A stretch of DNA of 64,000 nucleotides from an uncultured delta proteobacterium (GCA_963828255.1 CAWHDZ010000008.1:64001-128000), one strand, 5' to 3'. Counted from the first letter of the stretch, positions 10,162 to 20,863 are shown. Notes: generated by a model not told the origin, from the sequence alone. Made by a program: numbers and translations.

Positions 10162-11250
10162 TCAGCGTCCGGACGGGGGCGGCGCGTAATCGCGCGCCGC
10201 CTCCTCCCCGGAGAGGACCCTGAGGACCCCTCCCGCAAGCGCCGCGAGCTCGTCCTCCCCGGGCAGCACCGCCACGGGCGCGATCCACTCCACCCGCCGG
10301 CGGATGGGGCCGACCACCCCCTCCTGCCACGCCATCCCGCCGGTCAGGATCACCGCGTCCACCCGGCCGTCGAGCGCCACCGCCATGGCCCCGATCGACT
10401 TCGACACCTGGTAGGCCATGGCCTCGATCACCAGCACCGCCGCGGCGTCCCCGGCGGCGGCGCGGGCCACCGCCTCCCGCGCGTCGCGCGTGCCCAGGAG
10501 CGCCCAGAGCCCCCCGTCGCCGAAGAGGCGGCGGCGCACCGCGCCCTGCTCGGCCCCCGGCGCGAAGCACAGGTCCACCACCGCGGTGACGGGCACCCCT
10601 CCGGCCCGGTCGCCGGCGAAGGGCCCCTCGTCCTGCGGGTTCACCACGTCCACCATCCGACCCTCCCGCAGGGCGGCCAGCGAGACCCCCGTGCCCAGGT
10701 GGGCGACCACCAGGCGAAGCTCCTCGAGCGCGCGCCCCGCGTCCCGGGCGTGGCGCCGGGCCACCGCGCGGATGTTCAAGGCGTGGGCGAAGCTGCGCCG
10801 CTCCACTCCGGCGAGGCCGGTGGGGCGGGCCTCGGGAACCAGCTCGTCCACGCTCACCGGGTCCACGGTGAAGGCCGGGCAGCCGTGGTCGGCGGCCACG
10901 GCGAGCGCGATGGGCACGCCCAGGTTTGAGGCGTGCTCGCCGCGCGGGCCGCGCAGGAGTTCCTCGGCCATCTCCGGAGTGGCCCGCAGGGTCCCGGCCG
11001 GCACCGGTCCGAGCAGCCCGCCGCGGCCGACCACCGCGTCGAGCCGGACCCCCGGCGCCGCGCGGGCCAGGAACTCCCGGACGGCGGCGAGGCGCATGGG
11101 GAGCTGGTCGGCCATGCGCGGGGAGGCGATGGCCGCGGCGGTGTGGCGCAGCACCTCCTCGGCGAGGAGCGACGCGCCACGGAAGAGGCCGAGCTTGGTG
11201 GACCCCGCTCCCGGGTTCACCGCCAGTACAATCGGCCCGGCCTGGCTCAC
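10162..11250 (-). CDS. buk: Butyrate kinase (branched-chain carboxylate kinase family)
   Basis: NPGxxSTK, VGRGGLL, HASNLG, DPVSVDE, HALN, EGPF, PGEDEL; GTG start overlaps the ptb stop. Confidence 0.9.
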   Translation of the reverse strand: MSQAGPIVLAVNPGAGSTKLGLFRGASLLAEEVLRHTAAAIASPRMADQLPMRLAAVREFLARAAPGVRLDAVVGRGGLLGPVPAGTLRATPEMAEELLRGPRGEHASNLGVPIALAVAADHGCPAFTVDPVSVDELVPEARPTGLAGVERRSFAHALNIRAVARRHARDAGRALEELRLVVAHLGTGVSLAALREGRMVDVVNPQDEGPFAGDRAGGVPVTAVVDLCFAPGAEQGAVRRRLFGDGGLWALLGTRDAREAVARAAAGDAAAVLVIEAMAYQVSKSIGAMAVALDGRVDAVILTGGMAWQEGVVGPIRRRVEWIAPVAVLPGEDELAALAGGVLRVLSGEEAARDYAPPPSGR

Positions 11251-12185
11251 GCGCCCCCCTCTGCCGAGAGGACTCCCAGCGCGATGGAGAGGAGCTTGTC
11301 GTCGGTCCGCTCCACGCGCGAGGGGATGAGCACCGGCGCCCGCGCACCCTCGATGACGTGGGCCACGGGCTTGCCGGCCAGCCAGGAGAAGGCCTTGCCC
11401 AGGATGTTTCCGGCCTCGATGGTGGGGACGAGCAGCACGTCGGCGCGCCCCGCCAGCGGGTGGTCGATGCCCTTGGCCCGGGCCGCCCAGGGGAGCAGGG
11501 CGTTGTCGAGGGCCAGCGGCCCCACCACGTGGCAGCCGGTGATCTCGCCCCGCCCGGCCATCTCCACCAGGGCGCGGGCGTCCTGGGTGTGGGGCATGGC
11601 CGGGGACGGGGTCTCCACCGCGCAGAGCACGGCCACGATGGGGCTCGGGAAGCCCAGCCGGTGGAAGACCCGCACCGCGTTCTCGAGGATGGCCTGCTTC
11701 TCGGCGAGCCGCGGGGCCACGTTGACGCCGCCGTCGGTGATGCCGACGATGCGCCGGGGCGGCGCGGTGGGGTGCTCGCTCACCATCACGTCGGAGAGGA
11801 TGCGGCCGGTGCGCAGGCCGTGGTCGCGATCCAGCACGGCGCGGAGCAGGTCGCCGGTGGGCAGCCGCCCCTTGAGGAGCAGGGAGGCCTCCCCGGCCCG
11901 CACCCGCTCCACCGCAAGTGAAGCGGCCCGGCGGTCGTCGGTCTCCTGGACGATCTCGTGGTGGGAGGGGTCCTCCGAAAGCTTCCAGAGCATGTCCTCG
12001 AGCCGCTCCCGGTCGCCGATGAGCAGGCCGCGGGCGATCCCGCGCCGCCGCGCCTCCACCACCGCGCCCAGCGCCGTCTCGCTCTCCGCAGCCGGGACGG
12101 CGACCACGCGGGGGCCCAGCGCGCGGGCGCGGAGGACGAGCTCGTCGAGGGTATGGACCGGATCCACCGGCCGGGGGTTTGCCAC
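11247..12185 (-). CDS. ptb: Phosphate butyryl/acyl-transferase (PTA/PTB family)
   Basis: LLKG, TDGGVNVAP, GPLALDNA, PTIEAGNILGK, GARAPVLIPSR; adjacent to buk; start uncertain (GTG at 12185 or 12167). Confidence 0.85.
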   Translation of the reverse strand: MANPRPVDPVHTLDELVLRARALGPRVVAVPAAESETALGAVVEARRRGIARGLLIGDRERLEDMLWKLSEDPSHHEIVQETDDRRAASLAVERVRAGEASLLLKGRLPTGDLLRAVLDRDHGLRTGRILSDVMVSEHPTAPPRRIVGITDGGVNVAPRLAEKQAILENAVRVFHRLGFPSPIVAVLCAVETPSPAMPHTQDARALVEMAGRGEITGCHVVGPLALDNALLPWAARAKGIDHPLAGRADVLLVPTIEAGNILGKAFSWLAGKPVAHVIEGARAPVLIPSRVERTDDKLLSIALGVLSAEGGA

Positions 12186-12272
12186 GGCCGGGCCGGCCCC
12201 GCCAGCCCTTGCCGCAGGGACCCCGAAAGGGGAGAATCGCCGACCCATTTCCCAGAAGAGGCAGGATCGATC

Positions 12273-13934
12273 GTGGAGACGGCATTGACGAAGGCGCCCG
12301 CCCGCGGGCTGTGGAGCGGAGACGAGGCGGTGGCCATGGCCGCCCTGGACGGCGAGGTGGCGCTGGGCACCGGCTACCCCGGCACGCCCTCCACCGAGAT
12401 CCTGGAGGCCCTCTCCGCCCTGGGAGGGCGCGCCCAGTGGGCTCCCAACGAGAAGGTGGCCCTCGAGGTGGGCCTGGGCGCGGCCTTCGCCGGCGCCCGC
12501 GTGCTCGTCACCATGAAGCACGTGGGCGTGAACGTCGCCGCCGATCCCCTCTTCACCGCGGCCTACACCGGCGTGGACGGGGCGCTCGTGCTGGTCTCGG
12601 CCGACGATCCGGGCATGTCCTCCTCGCAGAACGAGCAGGACAACCGGCGCTACGCGGTGGCCGCCGGGATTCCCATGCTCGAGCCGGCCTCCTCGCAGGA
12701 GGCCTACGACTTCACGCTGGCCTCCCTCGAGCTCTCGGCCCGCTGGAAGATCCCGGTCATCCTGCGCATGACAACCCGGGTCTGCCACTCCAAGTCGGTG
12801 GTGGTCAGGCGCGATCACCCGCTGCCGCCGGCGCCGCCCCCCAGCTTCGTGCGCGACATCCGCGGCCGGGTCATGGTCCCCGCCTTCGCGCGCCCCGCCC
12901 ACCACAAGCTCAGGAAGAAGCTCGACGAGATCCGGGCCTGGGCCGAGACCTCCCCCCTGAACGCCGTGCACGAGGGGAGCCTCTCCCTGGGGGTCGTCAC
13001 CGCCGGCATCTCCTTCCAGCACGTGCGCGAGGCCGCCCCCGAGGCCAGCATCTTCAAGCTGGGCGTGGTCTACCCGCTCCCGCTCGAGGCCCTGCGCCGC
13101 TTCGCGGCCGGGGTGGAGCGCTGCGTGGTCGTGGAGGAGGGCGACCCGGTCGTGGCCGACGCCCTCCTCGCCGCCGGCATCCGGGTCGAGGGGAAGCCGG
13201 AGATGTTCCGCTTCGGCGAGCTCTCGGTGGCGCGGGTGGCCCGCATCCTGGCCCGCGACGAGTCCCCGGAGCCGCCGGCGCCCAAGGCCAAGCCTCCCGA
13301 GCTCTGCGAGGCCTGCCCCTACCACCCGGTCTACGGCGCCCTGCAGCGCATGGGCTGCATCGTGGCAGGCGACATCGGCTGCTACACCCTGGGTGTCATG
13401 GAGCCGTACCAGGCCATGGACACCTGCGTGGCCATGGGCGCCTCGGTGGGCGTGGGGCTGGGGCTGCGGCACGTGCTTCCCGAGGCGCAGGCCCGCAAGG
13501 TGGTGAGCGTCATCGGCGACTCCACCTTCATCCACAGCGGCCTGAACGGCCTGGTGGAGATGGTCTACAACCCGCCCGCCACCGGCCACGTCCTCCTCGT
13601 GCTCGACAACGGCACCACCGCCATGACCGGGCAGCAGGAGCACCCGGGCACCGGCCGCACCATGTCGCACGACGCCACCGGCCATGTCTCCATCGAGGGG
13701 ATGGCCCGCGCCGCCGGCGTGAAGAACGTCGACGTGGTGGACCCGGTCAAGGATCCCAGGATGTTCGAGGAGTTGCTCACCCGGAGGCTGGCATCGAACG
13801 ATCTCTCGGTCATCGTCTCCAGGCGTCCCTGCATCCTGGCCGCCGCCGACATCCGAGCCTTCGAGAAGAGCAACGCCGCAAAGGCCGCCGCCGCCTCGCC
13901 CTGCGGCGCCTGCGGGAGCGACGATGCCGCCTAG
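12273..13934 (+). CDS. iorA: Indolepyruvate:ferredoxin oxidoreductase alpha subunit, lacking the C-terminal ferredoxin domain
   Basis: GYPGTPSTEI, NEKVALE, MKHVGVNVAADP, SSQNEQDNR, GDIGCYTLG, TPP-binding IGDSTFIHSG...DNGTTAMTGQQ. Confidence 0.9.
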   Translation: METALTKAPARGLWSGDEAVAMAALDGEVALGTGYPGTPSTEILEALSALGGRAQWAPNEKVALEVGLGAAFAGARVLVTMKHVGVNVAADPLFTAAYTGVDGALVLVSADDPGMSSSQNEQDNRRYAVAAGIPMLEPASSQEAYDFTLASLELSARWKIPVILRMTTRVCHSKSVVVRRDHPLPPAPPPSFVRDIRGRVMVPAFARPAHHKLRKKLDEIRAWAETSPLNAVHEGSLSLGVVTAGISFQHVREAAPEASIFKLGVVYPLPLEALRRFAAGVERCVVVEEGDPVVADALLAAGIRVEGKPEMFRFGELSVARVARILARDESPEPPAPKAKPPELCEACPYHPVYGALQRMGCIVAGDIGCYTLGVMEPYQAMDTCVAMGASVGVGLGLRHVLPEAQARKVVSVIGDSTFIHSGLNGLVEMVYNPPATGHVLLVLDNGTTAMTGQQEHPGTGRTMSHDATGHVSIEGMARAAGVKNVDVVDPVKDPRMFEELLTRRLASNDLSVIVSRRPCILAAADIRAFEKSNAAKAAAASPCGACGSDDAA

Positions 13935-14448
13935 CGTCGCACCAGTCGTGAACGTGGTCTTCGCAGGCCTGGGCGGCCAGGGAGTCATCAAGGCCTCCGA
14001 CGTGCTCGCCGACGCGGCCTTCCGCGCCGGGCACGACGTGAAGAAGGCCGAGATCCACGGGATGAGCCAGCGGGGCGGGTCGGTCACCTCCGACGTCCGC
14101 TTCGGTCCCCAGGTCCACTCCCCCATGATCCCCGACGGCCACGCCGACTTCCTGGTGGTGCTGGCCCCCACCCAGGTCGAGAACAACCTCCACCAGCTGC
14201 GCGAGACGGGCGTGCTCTTCGCCCCGGACCTGGTCCCCGAGGAGCGCCTGAAGAACAAGCGCAGCCTCAACGTGGCGCTCTTGGGCGCGCTCTCCACCCA
14301 CCTCTCCATCGACGAGGAGCACTGGCGGGCGGCCATCCAGGGCGCCCTGCCGGAGCGCCTGCTGCAAGTGAACCTGGAGGCCTTCGAGGCCGGACGGGCC
14401 GCCGAGCGGGCCCGCCCCCCCGGAAAGGGACGACATGCCGCCCCCTGA
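13924..14448 (+). CDS. iorB: Indolepyruvate:ferredoxin oxidoreductase beta subunit
   Basis: [36 protein letters not shown]. Confidence 0.9.
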   Translation: MPPSVAPVVNVVFAGLGGQGVIKASDVLADAAFRAGHDVKKAEIHGMSQRGGSVTSDVRFGPQVHSPMIPDGHADFLVVLAPTQVENNLHQLRETGVLFAPDLVPEERLKNKRSLNVALLGALSTHLSIDEEHWRAAIQGALPERLLQVNLEAFEAGRAAERARPPGKGRHAAP

Positions 14449-15754
14449 TCCCTCGCGCCGGTTCCACCCGGTCAGCGCCCCCGACTACGTCCCGGCCGAG
14501 CAGCTGCGCGGCCTCCAGCTGGAGCGGCTCCAGCGCATCGTGCGCCGGGCCCACGAGCGGGTCCCGCTCTTCCGCACCCGCTGCCAGGAGCGGCAGGTGG
14601 CGCCGGCCGACCTGAAGAGCCTGGAGGACCTGTCGCGCTTCCCCTTCACGCTCAAGACCGACCTGCGCGACACGTACCCCTTCGGCCTCTTCGCCAGCCC
14701 CATGGAGGAGATCGTCCGCCTGCACGCCTCCTCCGGCACCACCGGCAAGCCCACCGTGGTGGCCTACACCCAGGGTGACCTGGACGTCTGGACCGAGGTG
14801 ATGGTGCGGGCCTTCGCGGCCTGCGGCCTGCACCGGGGCGACGTGGTCCAGAACGCCTACGGCTACGGCCTCTTCACCGGCGGCCTGGGGGCCCACTACG
14901 GCGCCGAGGCGCTGGGCGCCACCGTCATCCCCATCTCCGGCGGCAACACCGAGCGGCAGATCATGGTGCTCCAGGACTTCGCGGTGACCGCCATCTGCTG
15001 CACCCCCAGCTACTTCCTGCACCTCACCGAGCGGGCCAAGGAGCTGGGAACCGACTTCTCCAGGCTGCGCGCCGGGATCTTCGGGGCCGAGCCCTGGAGC
15101 GAGGCCATGCGCCGGCGCATCGAGGCCGACACCGGGGTGAAGGCCTACGACATCTACGGGCTCTCCGAGATCATCGGGCCGGGCGTGGGCATCGAGTGCT
15201 TCGCCCAGTCCGGGCTGCACGTCTTCGAGGACCACTTCTACCCGGAGGTGGTGGACCCGGTCACGGGCGAGGTGCTCCCCGACGGCGCCGAGGGGGAGCT
15301 GGTGCTCACCACCCTCTCCAAGGACGCCATGCCCATGATCCGCTACCGGACCCGGGACGTGACGAGCCTCATCCCCGAGCCCTGCGCCTGCGGCCGCACC
15401 ATCCGGCGCATCCGGCGCATCGCCCGCCGCTCCGACGACATGTTCATCATCCGCGGGGTGAACGTCTTCCCCAGCCAGGTGGAGACGGCGCTGCTGGCGG
15501 TGGAGGGAACCCTGCCGCACTACCAGATCGTGCTCACGCGCGAGAAGGGGCTCGACGAGATGGAGGTGAAGGTCGAGGTGACCCCCGAGGTCTTCTCCGA
15601 CCAGATCCGCGCGCTCGAGGCCCTGCAGCACAAGCTCGAGCAGTCCCTCGACCACACGCTGGGCATCCGCGCCCGCGTCACCCTGGTCGGCCCCCGCACC
15701 ATCCCGCGCAGCGAGGGCAAGGCCAAGCGCGTCGACGACAAGCGGCAGATCTGA
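14435..15754 (+). CDS. paaK: Phenylacetate-CoA ligase family protein (copy 1)
   Basis: [50 protein letters not shown]. Confidence 0.9.
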   Translation: MPPPDPSRRFHPVSAPDYVPAEQLRGLQLERLQRIVRRAHERVPLFRTRCQERQVAPADLKSLEDLSRFPFTLKTDLRDTYPFGLFASPMEEIVRLHASSGTTGKPTVVAYTQGDLDVWTEVMVRAFAACGLHRGDVVQNAYGYGLFTGGLGAHYGAEALGATVIPISGGNTERQIMVLQDFAVTAICCTPSYFLHLTERAKELGTDFSRLRAGIFGAEPWSEAMRRRIEADTGVKAYDIYGLSEIIGPGVGIECFAQSGLHVFEDHFYPEVVDPVTGEVLPDGAEGELVLTTLSKDAMPMIRYRTRDVTSLIPEPCACGRTIRRIRRIARRSDDMFIIRGVNVFPSQVETALLAVEGTLPHYQIVLTREKGLDEMEVKVEVTPEVFSDQIRALEALQHKLEQSLDHTLGIRARVTLVGPRTIPRSEGKAKRVDDKRQI

Positions 15755-15772
15755 CGTCCGGGAGGAAACCAC

Positions 15773-16216
15773 ATGAAGCTCCGCCAGCTCTCGCTCTTCC
15801 TCGAGAACCGCCCCGGCGCGCTGCGCCTGCCCTGCCAGGTCCTCGGCGCCGCCGGCATCGACATCCTCACCATGTCGCTCGCCGACACCCAGCAGTTCGG
15901 GATCCTCCGGCTGGTCGTGAAGGACGCCGACCGGGCCAGCAAGGTGCTCGAGGAGGCCGGCTGCGTGGTCAAGGCCACCGACGTGCTGGCCGTCGAGGTG
16001 CCCGACCGGGCCGGCGGCCTGGCCGACATGCTCGGGACGTTCGAGGGCACTGGCCTCTCCATCGAGTACATCTACCCGCTCGTGGCCGGCCACCGCGGCA
16101 AGACCGCGGTGCTGATCCTGAGGGTCGAGGACCCCGACCGGGCCGCCGGACTCCTCGCGGGGCGCAAGGTCCGCGTCCTCACCCGCGAGGAGGCCTTCGA
16201 GGCCGTCGGGGCCTGA
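15773..16216 (+). CDS. Tandem ACT-domain amino acid-binding protein
   Basis: QLSLFLENRPGAL...ADTQQFGILRLVV and second repeat VEVPDRAGGLA...SIEYIY; GGAGG SD. Confidence 0.88.
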   Translation: MKLRQLSLFLENRPGALRLPCQVLGAAGIDILTMSLADTQQFGILRLVVKDADRASKVLEEAGCVVKATDVLAVEVPDRAGGLADMLGTFEGTGLSIEYIYPLVAGHRGKTAVLILRVEDPDRAAGLLAGRKVRVLTREEAFEAVGA

Positions 16217-16225
16217 CGGTCGGCG

Positions 16226-17554
16226 ATGGCGCCTCCCGCCGAGAGCCGCGTCTGGGACCCGGCGGAGCTCCTGCCCCGCGACCGGCTGGCCGGGCTCCAG
16301 ATCGACCGGCTGCGCCAGACGCTGGCCCGGGCGGCGGGCACGCCCTTCCACGCATCGGCCTTCGCCCGCACCGGCATGGCCCCGGCCGACGTCCGCTCGC
16401 TCGACGACCTGCGCCGGATCCCGGTCACCACCAAGGACGACCTCCGGGCCCACTACCCGCTCGGCATGCTGGCCGTCCCGCGCGCGGAGATCGCCCGCAT
16501 CCACGGCTCCTCGGGAACCACCGGCAAGCCCACCTTCGTGGCCTACAGCCGCGCCGACATGCAGGTCTGGTCGGGACTGTGCGCCCGCTTCCTGGTGGCC
16601 GGCGGGCTCCGGCCCGACCACCTCGTGCACGTGGCCTTCGGCTATGGCCTCTTCACGGGCGGCTTCGGCCTCCACCAGGGAATCGAGCGGGTGGGGGCCG
16701 GCATCGTGCCGGTGGCCGGCGGGAACACTCCTCGTCAAGTGACGCTGCTGCGCGATCTCCGACCCGACGTGCTGGTCTGCACCCCCAGCTACGCGCTGCA
16801 CATCGCCGAGGTGGCCCGCGCGGTGGGCTGCGACCCGCGCGACCTCGGCCTCTCCTCCGGACACTTCGGCGGCGAGCCCTGGACCGAGGAGATGCGCGTC
16901 GAGATCGAGCGCGAGCTCGGGATCCAGGCCTTCAACAACTACGGCCTCTCCGAGGTCATCGGCCCGGGCGTCTCGGGCGAGTGCGGCGCGCGGGCCGGCA
17001 TGCACGTGGCCGAGGACCACTTCATCGTCGAGTGCCTCCACCCGGCCACGCTCCTGCCGGTCCCGGATGGCACCGTGGGTGAACTGGTCTTCACCAGCCT
17101 CACCAAGGAGGCCATGCCGGTGGTGCGCTACCGCACCCGCGACCTGGCCTCGCTCGACCGCAGCCCCTGCCCCTGCGGGCGCACCGGGGTGCGCATGAGC
17201 CGGGTGGTGGGGCGTTCCGACGACATGTTCATCGTGCGCGGGGTGAACGTCTTCCCCTCCCAGATCGAGGAGGCGCTGCTGCGCGTCGAGGGGGCCGCGC
17301 CCCACTACGTCATCGAGATCGCCCGCCCCGGCACGCTCGACGAGGCGGTGGTGCGGGTGGAGATCCGGCCCCGCGACTTCTCCGACGAGATGCGCCAGAT
17401 GGTGGCCCTGCGCGACCGCATCGACCACGAGATCCACTCCATCACCGGGATCCGCATGACCATCGAGCTGGTGGCTCCGAACGCGCTGGGGCGCAGCGAG
17501 GGCAAGGCGCGGCGCGTCATCGACCACCGCAAGGGCGGGGGCTCCGGGAGCTGA
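16226..17554 (+). CDS. paaK: Phenylacetate-CoA ligase family protein (copy 2)
   Basis: [44 protein letters not shown]. Confidence 0.88.
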   Translation: MAPPAESRVWDPAELLPRDRLAGLQIDRLRQTLARAAGTPFHASAFARTGMAPADVRSLDDLRRIPVTTKDDLRAHYPLGMLAVPRAEIARIHGSSGTTGKPTFVAYSRADMQVWSGLCARFLVAGGLRPDHLVHVAFGYGLFTGGFGLHQGIERVGAGIVPVAGGNTPRQVTLLRDLRPDVLVCTPSYALHIAEVARAVGCDPRDLGLSSGHFGGEPWTEEMRVEIERELGIQAFNNYGLSEVIGPGVSGECGARAGMHVAEDHFIVECLHPATLLPVPDGTVGELVFTSLTKEAMPVVRYRTRDLASLDRSPCPCGRTGVRMSRVVGRSDDMFIVRGVNVFPSQIEEALLRVEGAAPHYVIEIARPGTLDEAVVRVEIRPRDFSDEMRQMVALRDRIDHEIHSITGIRMTIELVAPNALGRSEGKARRVIDHRKGGGSGS

Positions 17555-17649
17555 CCCGCCCCGGGGAGGCGCCGGCACTCGGCTGCTGCGGACGGGGCTC
17601 CCGATCGGGTATCCTGCCGGGTCCCGCTTCCCCCATCGCCGGAGGATCC

Positions 17650-18792
17650 ATGCGTCTCGCCGTCCTCGCCGTCCTCGCCGTCGCCGCCCTCGCCGTGCCC
17701 GCCACCCCCGCCGTCGCCGCGGAGGAGCTCAAGATCGGCGCGCTCCTCTCCGTCACCGGCCCGGCCGCCTTCCTGGGCGCCCCGGAGGCCCGCACGCTCG
17801 AGATGCTCACCGAGCAGGTGAACGCCAGGGGCGGGATCGCCGGCCACAAGGTGAAGCTCATCGTGAAGGACACCGGGGCCTCTCCCGAGAAAGCGGTCTC
17901 CTTCGCGCGCCAGCTCATCGACGAGGAGAAGGTCTTCGCCATCATCGGGCCGTCCACCTCCGGGGAGACCATGGCGGTGAAGGGCATCGCCGAGGAGGGG
18001 AAGACGCTGCTCATCTCGCTGGCGGCCGCCGAGGTGATCGTGAACCCGGTTGCCTCCCATGTCTTCAAGACCGCCCAGAAGGACAGCCACGCGGCGGCGC
18101 TCATCTTCCAGGACATGAAGAAGCGGGGCATCACCCGCATCGCCGTCTTCTCCTCCAACACCGGCTTCGGAAAGGCCGGCAAGGAGCAGATCGCGAAGCT
18201 GGCCCCCGAGTACGGACTCCAGATCGTCCTCGACGAGGTCTACGACAAGGCCGCCACCGACCTCTCGGCCGAGGCCACCAAGCTGAAGGGCGCGAGCGCC
18301 CAGGCGGTCCTCAACTGGTCCATCGAGCCGGCCCAGTCGATCCTGGTGAAGAACATCCGCCAGCTCGGGCTCACCCTCCCCATCTACCAGAGCCACGGCT
18401 TCGGGAACCTGGCCTACGCCAAGGCGGCCGGCGCCGCCGCCGAGGGCGTGATCTTCCCGCTCGGGCGGCTGGCCGTCGCCGACGCGCTCCCGGCCGGAGA
18501 TCCCCAGAAGGCGGTGCTCGTGGCCTACCGCGACGCCTACCAGAAGAAGTACGGCGAGGAGGTGAGCGGCTTCGGCGGCTACGCCTGGGACGCCTTCCAG
18601 CTCCTCGCCGCCGCGGTGGAGAAGGTCGGCCTCGACAGGGCCAAGGTCCGCACCGCGCTGGAGAACACCCAGGGCTTCGTGGGGCAGAGCGGCGTCTTCC
18701 GCTTCTCGGCCGCCGACCACAACGGCCTGGGGCTCGACTCCTTCGAGATGCTCACCGTGAAGGACGGCAAGTTCGTCCCGCTGGCCAAGTGA
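17650..18792 (+). CDS. ABC transporter substrate-binding protein, Liv/HAAT family (copy 1)
   Basis: Signal peptide; KIGALLSVTGPAAFLG, NARGGIAG, IIGPSTSG, GFVGQSGVFRFS. Confidence 0.9.
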   Translation: MRLAVLAVLAVAALAVPATPAVAAEELKIGALLSVTGPAAFLGAPEARTLEMLTEQVNARGGIAGHKVKLIVKDTGASPEKAVSFARQLIDEEKVFAIIGPSTSGETMAVKGIAEEGKTLLISLAAAEVIVNPVASHVFKTAQKDSHAAALIFQDMKKRGITRIAVFSSNTGFGKAGKEQIAKLAPEYGLQIVLDEVYDKAATDLSAEATKLKGASAQAVLNWSIEPAQSILVKNIRQLGLTLPIYQSHGFGNLAYAKAAGAAAEGVIFPLGRLAVADALPAGDPQKAVLVAYRDAYQKKYGEEVSGFGGYAWDAFQLLAAAVEKVGLDRAKVRTALENTQGFVGQSGVFRFSAADHNGLGLDSFEMLTVKDGKFVPLAK

Positions 18793-18803
18793 GGGATCGC
18801 CCC

Positions 18804-19946
18804 ATGACCCGCACCTTCCCGGTCGCAGCCCTCGCCGCCCTCGCCCTCGTCCCCTCGCTGGCGCTCGCCGCTCCCGAGCCCATCAAGGTGGGGGCGCTCC
18901 TCGCCGTCACCGGCCCGGCCTCCTTCCTGGGCGCTCCGGAGGCCCGCACGCTGGAGATGCGCGTGCAGGAGCTGAACGCCCGGGGCGGGATCGGCGGCCG
19001 CCCGATCCAGCTCATCATCAAGGACACCGGCGCCTCCCCGGAGAAGGCGGTCTCCTTCGCCAGGCAGCTCATCGAGGAGGAGAAGGTCTTCGCCATCCTG
19101 GGGCCGTCCACCTCGGGCGAGTCGATGGCCGTGAAGGGGCTCTGCGAGGAGGGCAAGACGCTGCTCCTCTCCATGGCCGCGGCCGAGGCCATCGTGAACC
19201 CGGTCCTCCCCCACGTCTTCAAGGTGGCGCCCCGCGACAGCTTCGCCGTCGAGGTGATCTTCCAGCGCATGAAGAAGTCCGGGATCACCCGCATCGGCTT
19301 CCTCTCCTCCAACACCGGCTTCGGCAAGGGCGGCAAGGAGCAGGTGGAGAAGCTGGCGGCGCAGTACGGCATCACGCTGGCGGTGAACGACGTCTACGAC
19401 AAGAGCGCCACCGACCTCACCGCCGAGGTGACCAAGCTCAAGGCGGCCAACGTCCAGGCCATCCTCAACTGGTCCATCGAGCCGGCCCAGTCGATCGTGG
19501 TGAAGAACGCCCGGCAGCTCGGCCTCACCGTCCCCATCTTCCAGAGCCACGGCTTCGCGAATCTACAGTACGTGAAGGCCGCCGGCAGCGCCGCCGAGGG
19601 GGTGATCTTCCCGGCCAGCCGCATCGTGGTGTCGGGCGAGCTCGCGGCCGGCAATCCGCAGAAGCCGGTGGTCGAGGCCTACCGGAAGGCCTACGAGGCC
19701 CGCTACGGCGAGGAGGTCTCCACCTTCGGCGGCCACGCCTGGGACGCCTTCGGCATCCTGGTGGCGGCCATCGAGCAGGTGGGGCCCGATCGGGTGAAGG
19801 TCCGCGCCGCGGTGGAGAACATGAAGGGGTTCGTGGGGACGGCCGGGGTCTTCAACTTCTCGCCCACCGACCACAACGGCCTCGACATCGGCGCCTTCGA
19901 GCTCTGCACGGTGAAGAACGGGCGCTTCGCCCCGCTCGGCAACTGA
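18804..19946 (+). CDS. ABC transporter substrate-binding protein, Liv/HAAT family (copy 2)
   Basis: Close paralogue of the upstream gene (shared KDTGASPEKAVSFARQLI, LNWSIEPAQSI); signal peptide. Confidence 0.9.
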   Translation: MTRTFPVAALAALALVPSLALAAPEPIKVGALLAVTGPASFLGAPEARTLEMRVQELNARGGIGGRPIQLIIKDTGASPEKAVSFARQLIEEEKVFAILGPSTSGESMAVKGLCEEGKTLLLSMAAAEAIVNPVLPHVFKVAPRDSFAVEVIFQRMKKSGITRIGFLSSNTGFGKGGKEQVEKLAAQYGITLAVNDVYDKSATDLTAEVTKLKAANVQAILNWSIEPAQSIVVKNARQLGLTVPIFQSHGFANLQYVKAAGSAAEGVIFPASRIVVSGELAAGNPQKPVVEAYRKAYEARYGEEVSTFGGHAWDAFGILVAAIEQVGPDRVKVRAAVENMKGFVGTAGVFNFSPTDHNGLDIGAFELCTVKNGRFAPLGN

Positions 19947-19969
19947 GCGGCGACGACGACGCTTTCGGA

Positions 19970-20860
19970 ATGACCCTCGACCTCGCGCTCCAGTACCTCG
20001 TCGCGGGGCTGACCTACGGGGCGATCTACGCCGTCGTCGCCATCGGCTTCAACATCGTCTACAGCGCCACCGGGATCATCAACTTCGCCCAGGGCGAGTT
20101 CGTCATGCTGGGCGGCATGCTGGCGGTGCAGCTCTCCCGCTCCGTGCCGCTCCCGGCGGCGGTGGCGCTCTCCGTGGCCATCACCGCCGCGGTGGGTGCG
20201 CTCGTCGAGGTGGCCTTCATCCGCTGGCTCCGCAAGCCCACCGTGCTGCGCATGGTGGTCATCACCATCGGCGTCTCGATCCTGCTCCGCGAGGGGGCGC
20301 TCTTCCTGTGGGGCGAGGGGGTCCGCTCGCTCCCCTACTTCACCGGCGACGAGGTCTCCTCGGTTGGGATCCTGGGGGCGCGCATCTCGCCGCAGGTCTT
20401 CTGGGTGCTCGGCACGGTGGCCCTCATCGTGGCGGTGCTGGAGTGGTTCTACCGGCGCACGCTGCTCGGATGGGAGATGCAGGCCTGCGCCGCAAACAAG
20501 GACGCCGCGGCGCTCTGCGGCGTGCCGGTGCGGAGGCTCGTCACCCTCTCCTTCGCCATGGCCGCGGCCATCGGCGCACTGGCCGGGGCGGTGGTCTCCC
20601 CCATCACCTACACCTCCTACGCGGCGGGGGGACCGCTCGCCATCAAGGGCTTCACGGTCGCCATCCTGGGCGGCCTGGGCAACTCGGGCGGCGCGGTGGC
20701 GGCCGGGCTGGCGCTCGGGGTGGTCGAGTCCTTCGCGGTCTCGGTGCTCCCGGCCGCCTACAAGGACGTGGTCACCCTCTCCCTCCTGCTCGCCGTGCTG
20801 GTGGTCCGCCCCAGCGGGCTCTTCGCGAGCGGCGAGGCCGCCCGCCTGAAGGAGTTCTAG
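19970..20860 (+). CDS. Branched-chain amino acid-type ABC permease (LivH-like)
   Basis: GAIYAVVAIGFNIVY...INFAQGEF; AILGGLG. Confidence 0.9.
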   Translation: MTLDLALQYLVAGLTYGAIYAVVAIGFNIVYSATGIINFAQGEFVMLGGMLAVQLSRSVPLPAAVALSVAITAAVGALVEVAFIRWLRKPTVLRMVVITIGVSILLREGALFLWGEGVRSLPYFTGDEVSSVGILGARISPQVFWVLGTVALIVAVLEWFYRRTLLGWEMQACAANKDAAALCGVPVRRLVTLSFAMAAAIGALAGAVVSPITYTSYAAGGPLAIKGFTVAILGGLGNSGGAVAAGLALGVVESFAVSVLPAAYKDVVTLSLLLAVLVVRPSGLFASGEAARLKEF

Positions 20861-20863
20861 GCC

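Noticed and set aside
17655..17700. Short tandem GCCGTCCTC repeats
   Set aside because: They encode the Ala-Val-Leu hydrophobic core of a signal peptide; ordinary low-complexity coding sequence
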